From Gammaproteobacteria bacterium (GTDB taxonomy: Bacteria > Pseudomonadota > Gammaproteobacteria > Burkholderiales > SHXO01): 64,000 nt of DNA. The position numbers and the translations under genes are program-made. The notes below the pieces were generated by a model. The model saw only the letters and a program-made list of their open reading frames with translations. It was not told the origin of the DNA and made no database searches. The stretch is taken from NCBI GenBank assembly GCA_041488255.1, contig JBGPOV010000008.1:2485-66484 (forward strand). The letters are read 5' to 3'. The stretch's first letter is position 1, and the number at the start of each line of letters is the position of its first letter. Of the stretch, positions 31,183 through 40,750 are shown in pieces.

Positions 31183-31859
31183 GACCGTATCGGGGTAATC
31201 AGCCTGGAGGCCTCGATGAGATCGCCAACTATAGCATCGCAGTCCAGTTCCCGCACGTCCCGGGCGCTGTAGCCATAGGGGACGCAGAACGCCGGACAGC
31301 CCGCGGCACGCGCGGCTTGCGCATCGTTGGCCGAGTCTCCGATCACCAGCAGCTCGTCGGGCCGCGCGCCAAACTGCTGGGCACAATGCAGCAGCGGAAG
31401 CGGGTCGGGCTTGCGGCTTGGCAGGCTGTCGCCGCCCAGCACCAGGTCGAAGAACCCGCGCAACCCAGTCGCCTCGAGCAGAGGTAGCGTGAAGGACTCG
31501 GCCTTGTTGGTCACGCAGGCGAGTTTCAGGCCCTGCCGCGCGAAGCGGCGAAGTCCCTCTTCCACCCCCGGGAACGGCCGGGTGTGGCGCGTCAGCGTCG
31601 CCCGGTAGTGGCGTTCGAACAGGTCGAGCGCGCGCTCGAGAGCGTCGGCCGGCGGCTCGCCCCGCATCTGTCCCGTGAGCAGCCGTTTGGCCAGCCGGGG
31701 AATGCCGTTGCCCACGTAGCGGCGGACGATTTCCGGTCCGGCCGGAGCGCGGCCGAGGTCGGCCAACATGCGGTCGGCGGCCTCGGCGATGTCGGGCAGC
31801 GTATCCAGCAGCGTGCCGTCCAGATCCAAGGCCACGCCTTTGACTTCAAAGCGTTTCAC
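31179..31859 (-). CDS. gph: phosphoglycolate phosphatase (HAD)
   Basis: GTG start. HAD motif I LDLDGTLLDT and C-terminal GDSANDAQAARAAG. rpe-gph-trpE synteny supports the call. Confidence 0.85.
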   Translation of the reverse strand: MKRFEVKGVALDLDGTLLDTLPDIAEAADRMLADLGRAPAGPEIVRRYVGNGIPRLAKRLLTGQMRGEPPADALERALDLFERHYRATLTRHTRPFPGVEEGLRRFARQGLKLACVTNKAESFTLPLLEATGLRGFFDLVLGGDSLPSRKPDPLPLLHCAQQFGARPDELLVIGDSANDAQAARAAGCPAFCVPYGYSARDVRELDCDAIVGDLIEASRLITPIRS

Positions 31860-32018
31860 CGCGAGACGCAGAGAGCGCAGAGACAGAAGAGATCAACCAC
31901 CAAGCCGGCAGGAATGCTCTTCAGGCCCAGGCCGATATCTGTCGGGCGTGCCTGCTGCTTCGTGTCCTTCGTGGTCACCCAGGGTTGGCCGTTCTGTGCG
32001 CTCTCCGCGTCTCTGCGG
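31859..32018. repeat. long-range imperfect inverted repeat filling the rpe-gph spacer
   Basis: The arms at 31859-31886 and 31994-32018 pair over ~23 bp, with 1 bulge, 1 G-U and 1 mismatch, and enclose ~107 nt. The arms abut the rpe stop and overlap the gph GTG. Confidence 0.7.
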
Positions 32019-32019
32019 T

Positions 32020-32694
32020 TTAAGCCTTCGCCAGCTCGGCGCGCATGGCGGCGATGGTTCTGGCGTAGTCTGGCGTAGCGAAGATGCCCGAGCCGGACAC
32101 GAACGTGTCAGCGCCCGCGCGCGCCACTTCGGCGATGTTGTCCACCTTCACCCCCCCGTCCACCTCGAGCCAGATGTCGCGCCCGAGCTGGTCGATGCGG
32201 CTGCGCACCGCGCGCAGCTTCTCCAGCGTGTAGGAGATGAATTTCTGGCCGCCGAACCCGGGGTTCACCGACATGATGAGCACCAGGTCTAGCTCGGGCA
32301 GCACGTGGTCCAGGCAAACTAGGGGCGTCGCCGGGTTCAGCACCAGCCCGGCGCGGCAGCCGCACTCCTTGATTAGGCGAATGGTCCGGTCCACGTGCTC
32401 GGAGGCTTCCGGGTGGAAGCTGATGAGGTCCGCGCCCGCCTCGACGAAGTCCGGCACGATGCGGTCCACGGGCTTTACCATCAAGTGCACGTCGATCACG
32501 GCGTCGGTCAAGGGGCGCAGCGCCTTGCACACCATGGGCCCGATCGTGAGGTTGGGGACGTAGTGGTTGTCCATGACGTCGAAATGCACGAGGTCGGCGC
32601 CGGCCCCGATCACCTTCTCCACCTCGTCGCCGAGGCGGGCGAAGTCGGCCGATAGAATGCTGGCGGCGATGCGGAAAACGCGCGGGTTCGACAT
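32020..32694 (-). CDS. rpe: ribulose-phosphate 3-epimerase
   Basis: Start trimmed to [22 protein letters not shown]. Motifs [12 protein letters not shown] and [12 protein letters not shown]. Confidence 0.93.
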   Translation of the reverse strand: MSNPRVFRIAASILSADFARLGDEVEKVIGAGADLVHFDVMDNHYVPNLTIGPMVCKALRPLTDAVIDVHLMVKPVDRIVPDFVEAGADLISFHPEASEHVDRTIRLIKECGCRAGLVLNPATPLVCLDHVLPELDLVLIMSVNPGFGGQKFISYTLEKLRAVRSRIDQLGRDIWLEVDGGVKVDNIAEVARAGADTFVSGSGIFATPDYARTIAAMRAELAKA

Positions 32695-32803
32695 GAACGG
32701 CCGGGGCAGGGTACGAGCAGCGCAGATTGTATCCGCAATCCCCGACCCGGTGCGGTGCCGCCCGCGCCTTGCCACGGCGCGCGAAATCGTGTGCAATGCC
32801 GCG

Positions 32804-33184
32804 GTGCAAAGCCAGCAATACCAGATCACGGTCCGAGCGCGCTCGACCTATGTTCCCGAGCAGTCGGACGAGGACGGCGGACGCTTCGTGTTCGCCTATA
32901 CGATCACCATAACCAACACCGGCACGGTGGCGGCCCGTCTGATCAGCCGCCACTGGATCATCACCGACTCCGACAATCACGTGCAGGAGGTGCGCGGCAT
33001 GGGCGTGGTCGGCGAGCAGCCGACGCTGCAACCCCAGGAAAGCTTCGAGTACACCAGCGGCACGGCCATCGCCACGCCGGTGGGAACCATGCGCGGGAGC
33101 TACCAGATGGTCGCGGAGGACGGTACGTCCTTCGATGCGCCAATCCCCGAGTTCACGCTGAGCATACCTCGCGTCCTGCACTGA
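32804..33184 (+). CDS. apaG: ApaG (DUF525) protein
   Basis: GTG start. [29 protein letters not shown] and WIITD..V.G.GVVGEQP are typical ApaG sequences. Confidence 0.85.
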   Translation: MQSQQYQITVRARSTYVPEQSDEDGGRFVFAYTITITNTGTVAARLISRHWIITDSDNHVQEVRGMGVVGEQPTLQPQESFEYTSGTAIATPVGTMRGSYQMVAEDGTSFDAPIPEFTLSIPRVLH

Positions 33185-33244
33185 TCTCGCTGCCCGCGAA
33201 CAGCGGCCGGCGGCAGCGTTGCATCGTCTCGTCAACCAACAGTT

Positions 33245-33364
33245 TCACGCGCCCGCTTCTGGCCCATCGCGGTCCTTGCCGCCCTTGCGCCAGGGCAGGG
33301 TCCGCCACACGATGAGGATCAACAGCAGCAGGGCGACGCCCGCCTCGATCAGGAACCAGATCAT
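33245..33364 (-). CDS. possible small (39-aa) single-TM protein
   Basis: MIWFLIEAGVALLLLILIVWRTLPWRKGGKDRDGPEAGA* has a hydrophobic helix followed by a basic tail. There is no clear SD and it is below the ORF-track cutoff. Confidence 0.3.
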   Translation of the reverse strand: MIWFLIEAGVALLLLILIVWRTLPWRKGGKDRDGPEAGA

Positions 33365-33461
33365 GCTTGTATGTGCCGCAGTGCGCAGATGTGTTGAGCC
33401 ACGACGCGAACGCTAGGCCGCACTTGCTATACTCGCGGCCCGCCGCGCCCCACTCGATTCC

Positions 33462-34682
33462 ATGAAGAGAATACACAGCAACGTCGCTCTGATCTTCTTT
33501 GTGCTGGCGGGTTGCGCGAGTGTATCCAAAGCGCCTCCACCAGCACCAGCGACCGCGAAGATATGCCCGGAGCCTGCTGCCGCCGCTACGCCCTCACCGC
33601 CACTGCCTATTTCCCCGGTCAACAATCTAAGACCGGCGGCATGGAGCGACGTGCCGGGCTGGGCCGAAGACTCCGCTTCGGACGCTTTCTTGGCCTTCCT
33701 GCGCGGTTGTGCTGCCCTCAACAGTAGAGCCGAATGGCTGGGGGTGTGCGCCGATGCCGCTGCCGTCCCGAGCCGCGACCAGGCCGCGCTGCGCCGGTTC
33801 TTCGAAACCAGCTTCACGCCCTACGCGGTCGTCAACTCCGACGGCTCAGCCGAGGGCACGATCACCGGCTACTACGAGCCGCTGCTGCGCGGCAGCCGCA
33901 AGCCGAGCCCGCAATATCGCTTCGCGCTGTTTGGCGTGCCCGATGACCTTCTGGTGGTGGACCTGAGCGAAGTCTATCCGGACCTCAAGAACCTGCGCCT
34001 GCGCGGCCGCGTCGACGGCCGCCGCGTAGTGCCGTACTACAGCCGCGCCGACATCGAGGCAGGCAAGGGCGGCGCCGCCGGCCGTGAAATCCTCTGGGTG
34101 GACGACGCTGTGGACCTGTTCTTCCTCCAGATACAGGGCTCAGGCAAGGTAGTGCTGGACACCGGCGAGCTCGTGCGCGTGAGCTATGCTGACCAAAACG
34201 GGTACCCCTATCGTTCCGTCGGGAGGCTGCTGGTGGAGCACGGGGAGCTCACGCTGGATCAAGCCTCGATGCAGGGGATCAAGGCCTGGGGGAGCCGCAA
34301 CCCCGACAAGCTGCCCGACCTGCTCAACAGCAACGCGAGCTACGTGTTCTTCCGCGAACAACCGGTCACTGCAAACGGACCCACCGGTGCGCTGGGTGTG
34401 CCGCTGACCCCCGGGCGCAGCGTGGCGGTCGACCCCCGTGCGGTTCCGCTGGGGGCGCCGGTGTTCCTGAGCACCACCTGGCCCAACTCCACGCTGTCGC
34501 TCAACCGGCTCACGATGGCGCAAGACACCGGAGGTGCGATCAAAGGCGCGGTCCGCGCCGATCTCTACTGGGGCAGCGGCGACGACGCGGGGGTGCAGGC
34601 AGGCCGCATGCGTCAGAGTGGACGCATGTGGGTGCTGCTGCCTAACGGGTTCCCGCTAACGCCGGGCGCTCCAACCCCCTGA
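33462..34682 (+). CDS. mltA: membrane-bound lytic murein transglycosylase A
   Basis: Lipobox VLAGC. MltA-domain sequence (TGYYEP..GS, FFLQIQGSG) and a 3D-domain C-terminus (DTGGAIKG..RADLYWG). Confidence 0.9.
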   Translation: MKRIHSNVALIFFVLAGCASVSKAPPPAPATAKICPEPAAAATPSPPLPISPVNNLRPAAWSDVPGWAEDSASDAFLAFLRGCAALNSRAEWLGVCADAAAVPSRDQAALRRFFETSFTPYAVVNSDGSAEGTITGYYEPLLRGSRKPSPQYRFALFGVPDDLLVVDLSEVYPDLKNLRLRGRVDGRRVVPYYSRADIEAGKGGAAGREILWVDDAVDLFFLQIQGSGKVVLDTGELVRVSYADQNGYPYRSVGRLLVEHGELTLDQASMQGIKAWGSRNPDKLPDLLNSNASYVFFREQPVTANGPTGALGVPLTPGRSVAVDPRAVPLGAPVFLSTTWPNSTLSLNRLTMAQDTGGAIKGAVRADLYWGSGDDAGVQAGRMRQSGRMWVLLPNGFPLTPGAPTP

Positions 34683-34707
34683 CGTCCGTCGCTTTCTCTC
34701 ATCTAGT

Positions 34708-35346
34708 CTAGGGCGCGAAACGCACCTTGACCACGATCCGGCTGCGCACCGGGCGGCCGTCGCGCTGGGCGGGGGCAAAGCGCGCCGCTTTGAATGCATG
34801 CAACGCGGGCTCCTCGAAGTAACCGGCCGGTTCCGCCGTCACTACCGACAGCTCCTGCACCACGCCGAACTCATCGATCAGCAACAGCAGCGTGACCTCG
34901 CCGGTGATGTCAGAAATCGGCGCTGGATGTGCCGGATGGACCGGCGCCAACGGGTGAGGATATAGATCGAGGTCCTTGGCGGTATACCACGTCGGATCGA
35001 CGAGCACCGGCACATCAACGCTGGGCAGACGGCTGTCGTCGAGGTGCGCACGCATTGCCGGCGTGGGCTCGGCGACCGTCTCGGGCGATGCTTCGGGGAC
35101 CCCGGCTGCTACGGGCACCACATCGGCCGGCTCGGACGCTGTGGCAGCCGGAGAGCGGCGGCTTGAAGCGTGTGTTCTGGCCGGGACAACCGGTGGCGCT
35201 TCCGCCCCCCGCATGAGCCGGGCCAGTATCACCCGCCCCGGGGCAGATTCCGATGGAGCTACAGCAATACCGTAGATCAGGGACAGGTGCAGCGCAGTCG
35301 AAAGCGCTAGCGCGAGAAGCAGTCGCAGCCCAGCGTCGCGCCCCAT
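34708..35346 (-). CDS. TonB-family C-terminal domain protein
   Basis: N-terminal TM segment, a Pro/Ala-rich linker and a C-terminal TonB-like fold (YPHP..G.V.L.LLIDE.G.V..L.V..AEP.GYFEE.AL.AF..ARF.PA...G). Confidence 0.65.
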   Translation of the reverse strand: MGRDAGLRLLLALALSTALHLSLIYGIAVAPSESAPGRVILARLMRGAEAPPVVPARTHASSRRSPAATASEPADVVPVAAGVPEASPETVAEPTPAMRAHLDDSRLPSVDVPVLVDPTWYTAKDLDLYPHPLAPVHPAHPAPISDITGEVTLLLLIDEFGVVQELSVVTAEPAGYFEEPALHAFKAARFAPAQRDGRPVRSRIVVKVRFAP

Positions 35347-35401
35347 GAGTGCCTCGCCATCGAACCGCGTCGAGCGCTGTGCGCGCGGAGTGCTCCGCGC
35401 C

Positions 35402-36124
35402 TCAGTTGGTCTTCGCGCCGGACAAGAGCTTCTCGATCTGGGCGGCCGAGATGGCGCCCGGTACCCGCTCGCCGTTGGCGAACACCAGCGTGGGCGTGGC
35501 GTTGATCCCGCGCCGGGAACCGAACTCGACCAGCTTGTCGACCGGGTTGTCGCAGGTGGGCGCGGCGGTCGGCGCGATGCCCTTGTTCAGATAGTCGTCC
35601 CAGGCTTTCGCCTTGTCTGCTGAGCACCAGATGCGCTTGGCCTTATCGCTCGCCTGCGGGTGGAGGCCGTCGATGGGGAACAGGAACATGTAGATCGTGA
35701 CGTTGTCGAGCTTGGCCAAGTCGCCCTCGATGCGCTTGCAGAACGGGCAGTCTGGGTCGGAGAACACCGCCATTTTGCGCTCGCCTTTGCCCTTCACCCT
35801 CTTGAACGCGAACTCCAACGGCAGCTCGTTGAAGGGGATCATCGCCAGCTTGCGCTTGCGCTCGGCGGTGAGGTTGCGGTCGGTCTTGGTCTCGATGATG
35901 TTGCCATCGTAGATGATGTAGTCGAAGTTCTCGTCGGTGTAGAGGATCTCGTTGCTGATCACCACTTCGTACAGCCCGAGATAGGGTAGCTTGGTCACGC
36001 TCTGGATCTCGGCCTGCGGGAACTTGACCTGGAGCGCCTTGCGGATGCTCGCCTCATCTGCATGGGCGGCGGAGGCTGCGAGAAGCCCCAGGACAGCAGC
36101 CAGCGAGAAAAGTCGTTTGAGCAT
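35402..36124 (-). CDS. dsbC: thiol:disulfide interchange protein DsbC/DsbG family
   Basis: Signal peptide, an N-terminal dimerisation region and a thioredoxin fold with CPFC. Confidence 0.88.
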   Translation of the reverse strand: MLKRLFSLAAVLGLLAASAAHADEASIRKALQVKFPQAEIQSVTKLPYLGLYEVVISNEILYTDENFDYIIYDGNIIETKTDRNLTAERKRKLAMIPFNELPLEFAFKRVKGKGERKMAVFSDPDCPFCKRIEGDLAKLDNVTIYMFLFPIDGLHPQASDKAKRIWCSADKAKAWDDYLNKGIAPTAAPTCDNPVDKLVEFGSRRGINATPTLVFANGERVPGAISAAQIEKLLSGAKTN

Positions 36125-36154
36125 GAGAGTCCTTCGACGGTAGTGGATCGCGCC

Positions 36155-37327
36155 TCAGCCGAGCGCGTGCTTGACCAGCAGTGCTTTCAGCGGAAGCAGG
36201 CGGTCGGTGAGGTTCAGGCCGAGGTTGCGCAGCCAGGCCAGGGGCGCGACCGAGTTGTTGAACAATCGCTGCAGCCCATGTGTGGCCGTCATCATGGCCA
36301 GGATGTCTTCCCGTCTCGCCCTCTCGTAACGGCGCAGCAGCGCACGGCTACCGGCATCGCTCTCCCGGCCGCGCGCGGCCAGGACGGAAGCCAGTTCGCG
36401 CGCATCCTGGAAGCCGAGGTTGACGCCCTGACCGGCGAGCGGGTGCAGATTATGCGCGGCGTCTCCCACCAGCGCAAGGCGAGGGCCAACCAGCCGTCGC
36501 ACCCGTATCAGCCGGAGCGCAAACCCCGTAGGCGCCGTGATCAGAGCGAGGCTGCCGAGCGCCTCGCCGGACGCCGCTCCGACCTCCGCGCACAGCTCCC
36601 CAGGGCCGAGCGCCAGCAACCGATCGGCCAGGTCCTGCCGCGCGGACCACACCATCGAAGCGCGGTTGCCCGGCAGCGGCAGGAGCGCGAGCACGCCGTC
36701 GGACCGGAACCACTGGAGCGCCACCCCATGGTGCGGCTCCCCGGTTGCGAAGTTGGCGACCACGGCAGTCTGTCCATAGCCGTGTTCCTCCGCTGCCAGT
36801 CCCGCCTGGCCGCGCAGCCAGGAATCAGCGCCGTCGGCCGCGACCAGGAGCTTGGCGCGCAGCGCTTCTCCCGTCTCGAGGCGAAGCGTGGCTCGGTCGC
36901 TTTCCCAGCGCACCGCAGCGCAGCGGGCCGGGGTGAACATTGTGAGATCCGGCTGGCCGCGCAAGGTTCCATGCAGCGCAGCCACGAGCTCAGAGTTCTC
37001 CACGATCGTTGCCAGCCTCGGGACATGAGCCTCGTAAGCGCTGAAGGCGAGTTCGCTTCCGGGGCGGTCGCCGAAGATGCGCATCTGAAACACCGGCGCC
37101 AGGCGGTCCGCGCCACCGGGCCAAGCACCCAGCTCGCGCAAGAGGGTCTCGCTAGCCGGGCTGATGGCGTACACGCGCCCGTCCCAGCCGCCCGGGTCGG
37201 CTACGGCGGGGCGGTTGCGTTCCACCAGCGCCAGCCTCAAGCCGGTCCGGGCTAGCGCGCGAGCCAGGCACAGCCCCACCAAGCCGCCTCCCACGATCGC
37301 GACGTCGAAGTCGAGGGAATCCATCAT
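36155..37327 (-). CDS. UbiH/UbiF/VisC/COQ6-family FAD-dependent ubiquinone hydroxylase
   Basis: FAD-binding motif DVAIVGGGLVG, plus LVGDAAH and GQG.N.G..D motifs. Confidence 0.85.
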   Translation of the reverse strand: MMDSLDFDVAIVGGGLVGLCLARALARTGLRLALVERNRPAVADPGGWDGRVYAISPASETLLRELGAWPGGADRLAPVFQMRIFGDRPGSELAFSAYEAHVPRLATIVENSELVAALHGTLRGQPDLTMFTPARCAAVRWESDRATLRLETGEALRAKLLVAADGADSWLRGQAGLAAEEHGYGQTAVVANFATGEPHHGVALQWFRSDGVLALLPLPGNRASMVWSARQDLADRLLALGPGELCAEVGAASGEALGSLALITAPTGFALRLIRVRRLVGPRLALVGDAAHNLHPLAGQGVNLGFQDARELASVLAARGRESDAGSRALLRRYERARREDILAMMTATHGLQRLFNNSVAPLAWLRNLGLNLTDRLLPLKALLVKHALG

Positions 37328-37393
37328 CGGATGGGCGCTTGAAACCGTCTAACGTTTTGATTTGCCGTGCGCCTTGAACTCGATACCGGCGCC

Positions 37394-37422
37394 TTGACAC
37401 GATCCAGCGGGCTCAGTACGCT
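37394..37422 (+). promoter_or_regulatory. candidate sigma70 promoter of the tRNA gene
   Basis: TTGACA, a 17-nt spacer, then TACGCT. The -10 ends ~25 nt upstream of the mature tRNA 5' end. Confidence 0.4.
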
Positions 37423-37447
37423 TTCGCCCCCTGTGACCTTCGGGCGT

Positions 37448-37523
37448 GGCGAATTAGCTCAGTGGTTAGAGCAGAGGAATCATAATCCTTTGGTCCGGGG
37501 TTCGAATCCCTGATTCGCCACCA
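37448..37523 (+). tRNA. tRNA with CAU anticodon (elongator Met or Ile2/lysidine type), CCA encoded
   Basis: A 76-nt cloverleaf. The acceptor GGCGAAU/AUUCGCC has a 1:72 G-C pair, so this is not an initiator. D-arm AGCUCAGUGGUUAGAGC, anticodon loop AUCAUAA, variable loop UGGUC, T-arm CGGGG-UUCGAAU-CCCUG. Confidence 0.9.
37504..37523 (+). repeat. attL-like direct repeat (3' end of tRNA)
   Basis: GAATCCCTGATTCGCCACCA is identical to 42104-42123. Confidence 0.85.
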
Positions 37524-37746
37524 GTACGCACCTTCTATCATGGAGGGGGCTCCCTGTCAGGACATAGGACACAACCTTCTCTTCAGTCGCAAGCAGTTTG
37601 AAAGCCTAACTTTGAATTAGCCGACACCGGCGTCGGTTCAATCGCCCGATGTCGGTATAAACGCGCCGAGAGTCCATTAAATTTATCCTAATGTCGGTTC
37701 GATTTTTAATCCGGACGGGCTTCACCCGATTCTCCGGACAGTTTGC

Positions 37747-37882
37747 TTAGCTTCCGAAGCGTAGCTCGTACTCCATAGGGCTGATGTTGTGCCGAGACTC
37801 GAATGGCGCCGACGCGGATTGTAGAAGCGCTCGATGTAGTCGAACGGGTCTGCTCGCGCCTCGTCCCGGCTGCGGTAGCGGC
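37747..37882 (-). pseudogene. IS3-family transposase C-terminal remnant
   Basis: YRSRDEARADPFDYIERFYNPRRRHSSLG matches the conserved IS3 OrfB C-terminus. The expected ..ISPMEYELRFGS* tail is in the -1/+1 shifted frame. There is no N-terminal or DDE portion. Confidence 0.7.
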
Positions 37883-37940
37883 TGACCCGCTTCCTTACTC
37901 TAGTTCTAAACTGTCGTAGAATTTCGCGGGAACGTCGCAC

Positions 37941-40234
37941 ATGCAGGATCTCGAGAGGTTATTTCTCAGCGCTGTTGCTGCGCATCAGGCAGGCGATCTG
38001 AATGAGGCGGAGCGGCTCTACAAGCGCATTTTAAAGGCTAGGCCGCAACAGTTCGATACGCTGAACGCGTTCGGGCACCTGGAGTTGCAGCAAGGCAGGC
38101 TGACCGAGGCCCACGCTCTGTTCACCAGGGCGCTCAAGCTGAACCCCCGGTCCAGTGAATTGCGAGCCAATCGTGGCAGCATATCGTTGGAACTCGGGCG
38201 CTCCGAGGAGGCAATACAGGACTACGACAAGGCACTGGCTGTCAACCCAACGGACCTCACGGCGCTGATGAACCGCGGCACGGCCTTAGCGAACCTACAC
38301 AGACACGAAGAAGCGCTCTCGAGCTACGGGAGGGCGCTCGCCATCAAGCCGTCCTTCGCCCCAGCGCTCTACAATCAGGGCAATGTCCTGCTCGACATGC
38401 AACGCCCCTGGATGCGCTTGCGAGCTACGACCAGGCCTTGGCGCGCCAGCAAAACTACGCCGAAGCGTTCCACAACCGCGGTGTTGCACTCCGGCAACTG
38501 CAACGCCTCGAAGAAGCGGTGCACAGCTACCGCAAGGCGATCGCGATTAGGCCCGGCTATGCCGAGGCGTTCAATCACCTGGGGGAGTCTCTGCGCCAGC
38601 TCAATCAGTTGCAGGAGGCGCTGCAAAGTTGCGAGACGGCGCTCGCGATCCAGCCAAACTTTGCCGAGGCGCTGAACAACCGTGCCATTGTCCTACTGGC
38701 TCTGCACCGCCTTGAGGAGGCGCTGCGCAGCTGCGACGGGGCGCTGGCAATCAGGCCCGACTTTGCCAACGCGCTGGCCACACGCGGCTATATCTTGCAA
38801 GACTTCGAAAGGCATGAGGAAGCGGCCGCCAGTTTCAGGGTGGCGATGAAGCTCGATCCCGAACACGAGTACGCGTTAGGCAGCCTCATCTACTCGGCAG
38901 TCCAGGCCTGCGATTGGAGCGAGTATGCGCAGCAGGATTCGCTGAGCGCTTGCATTCAGGCCTCTAGGCGCGTTGCTCTACCGTTTGTGCTCACAGCGGT
39001 TTCCGCGTCGCCACAGGAGCAATATCTGTGCTCCAAAATCTTGGTTGCCCATCGCTGCCCCCCTGCGCCCGCTCCGATCTGGCGGGGGGAGCAGTACAAG
39101 CATGCCAAGATCCGTCTCGCATACCTTTCTGCCGACTTCCACGACCACGCAACGGCCTTTCTGATGGCAGGGTTGTTTGAGCACCACGACGCGACGCGGT
39201 TTGAGACCACCGCCGTGTCGTTTGGCACTAATACCCGGAGCGACATGCGGTCGCGGCTGGAACGCGCTTTTGAACGATTCATCGATGTTCGGAACAAGAG
39301 CGACCGCGAGGTAGCAACGATGCTTCGGGAACTCGAAATCGATATCGCAGTCGACCTTAAAGGCTTCACGGCAGACAGTCGTACGGGGATATTTGCACAC
39401 CGCCCTGCACCGATCCAAGTCAACTACCTGGGCTACCCCGGGACTATGGGAGCTGACTACATCGACTACATTTTGGCCGATCGGTACGTGATCCCAGAAG
39501 AACACCACGCCTACTACATGGAGAAAGTCGTATATCTGCCCGATACCTATCAGGTCAACGACAGAAAGCGGCGCATCGCCGAGCGTACACCGACTCGGGG
39601 TGAGGCCGGGTTGCCGGACCGGGGCTTTGTGTTCTGCTCATTCAACCGCAATTACAAGATCACGCCCCCCGTCTTTGATATCTGGATGCGGCTACTGCGT
39701 GAAGTTGACGGATCCGTCTTGTGGCTGCTGGCGGGCAATGCTTCCGCTCCCAATGCTCTGCGGCGCGAGGCGATGCTCAGAGGCGTTGCGCCAGAGAGGC
39801 TGGTGTTTGCTGCACGCGCTGAACTGGCAGACCACCTTGCGCGTCACAGGCTGGCCGATCTTTTCCTCGACACGCTTCCGTATAACGCTCACACAACCGC
39901 CAGTGACGCCCTGTGGGCGGGTTTGCCCGTATTGACATGCTTAGGCACAACCTTCGCGGGACGAGTGGCCGGACGCCTGCTCAACGCCATAGGCTTACCC
40001 GAGCTCATCACGCACTCGCTTCAGGAATATGAAGCCTTGGCGTTCAAGCTCGCCACGGACGGAAAAACGCTCTCGGAAATCAAGCAACAGCTCGCGCGCA
40101 ACCGCGAAACGTTCCCGCTTTTCGACACCGACCGTTTTCGGCGACACATCGAGGCAGCATATCTCTCAATGTGGGAACGCTATCAAGGTGGACAAACCCC
40201 GGCAAGCTTTGCGGTCGATCCAATCGACCAATAA
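37941..40234 (+). pseudogene. TPR-repeat / GT41 (SPY/OGT-like) glycosyltransferase, frameshifted
   Basis: Two overlapping ORFs (37941-38675 and 38438-40234) carry continuous TPR repeats (...AEAF.N.G...). The C-terminal half is OGT-like (KIRLAYLSADFHDHA, VNYLGYPGTMGADYIDYILAD, PYNAHTTASDALWAGLPVLT). The frames rejoin if one C is added to the C4 run at 38405-38408. Confidence 0.75.
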
Positions 40235-40333
40235 CTTCTTCCTTACCCATGGAAGGGGACGGATGCTGAAACCGGTGGATGAGTACAGCGGCAACGGATA
40301 GGAGCGCCTTGGCACATCGATTCGACCGCTCCG

Positions 40334-40750
40334 CTACAGGCCGGTCCATCGGTCCAGCGGACAGTGTCGGTTAGGATTGAAGGGCGCGTTATCGCCTTGA
40401 ACCGCCGTACGGACCTGTTTCGGCTCATTCCTGGCCAGAACAGCTACCCTCATCTCGTACTGAATCCCGGTTAACGCGCCAACGAACGCGATGCGGATGA
40501 GGGCAGAGTCATCGGCACGATACTGCTCTTGGCGTTTCCACGGCCGTTGCATGACCTCAGCCAACTGATAGCGACCGCTCTCGTGATAGCAGAGAAGAAT
40601 GCCCCTGGCAAGATCAGCAAAGCTCGCCTGTAGAGCGATGGCCACTTCAACAGGTGCCGCTTTCGATCTCTCACCGGCAGCCTCTACGGCGCTTACCGGG
40701 TGCTGAAGCAGGAACGTCGCAATGAATGCTGCAAGGGTCGCTGGGTCCAT
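40334..40750 (-). CDS. hypothetical protein (island cargo)
   Basis: 138-aa ORF convergent with the TPR/GT41 gene. I recognise no motif. Confidence 0.4.
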   Translation of the reverse strand: MDPATLAAFIATFLLQHPVSAVEAAGERSKAAPVEVAIALQASFADLARGILLCYHESGRYQLAEVMQRPWKRQEQYRADDSALIRIAFVGALTGIQYEMRVAVLARNEPKQVRTAVQGDNAPFNPNRHCPLDRWTGL

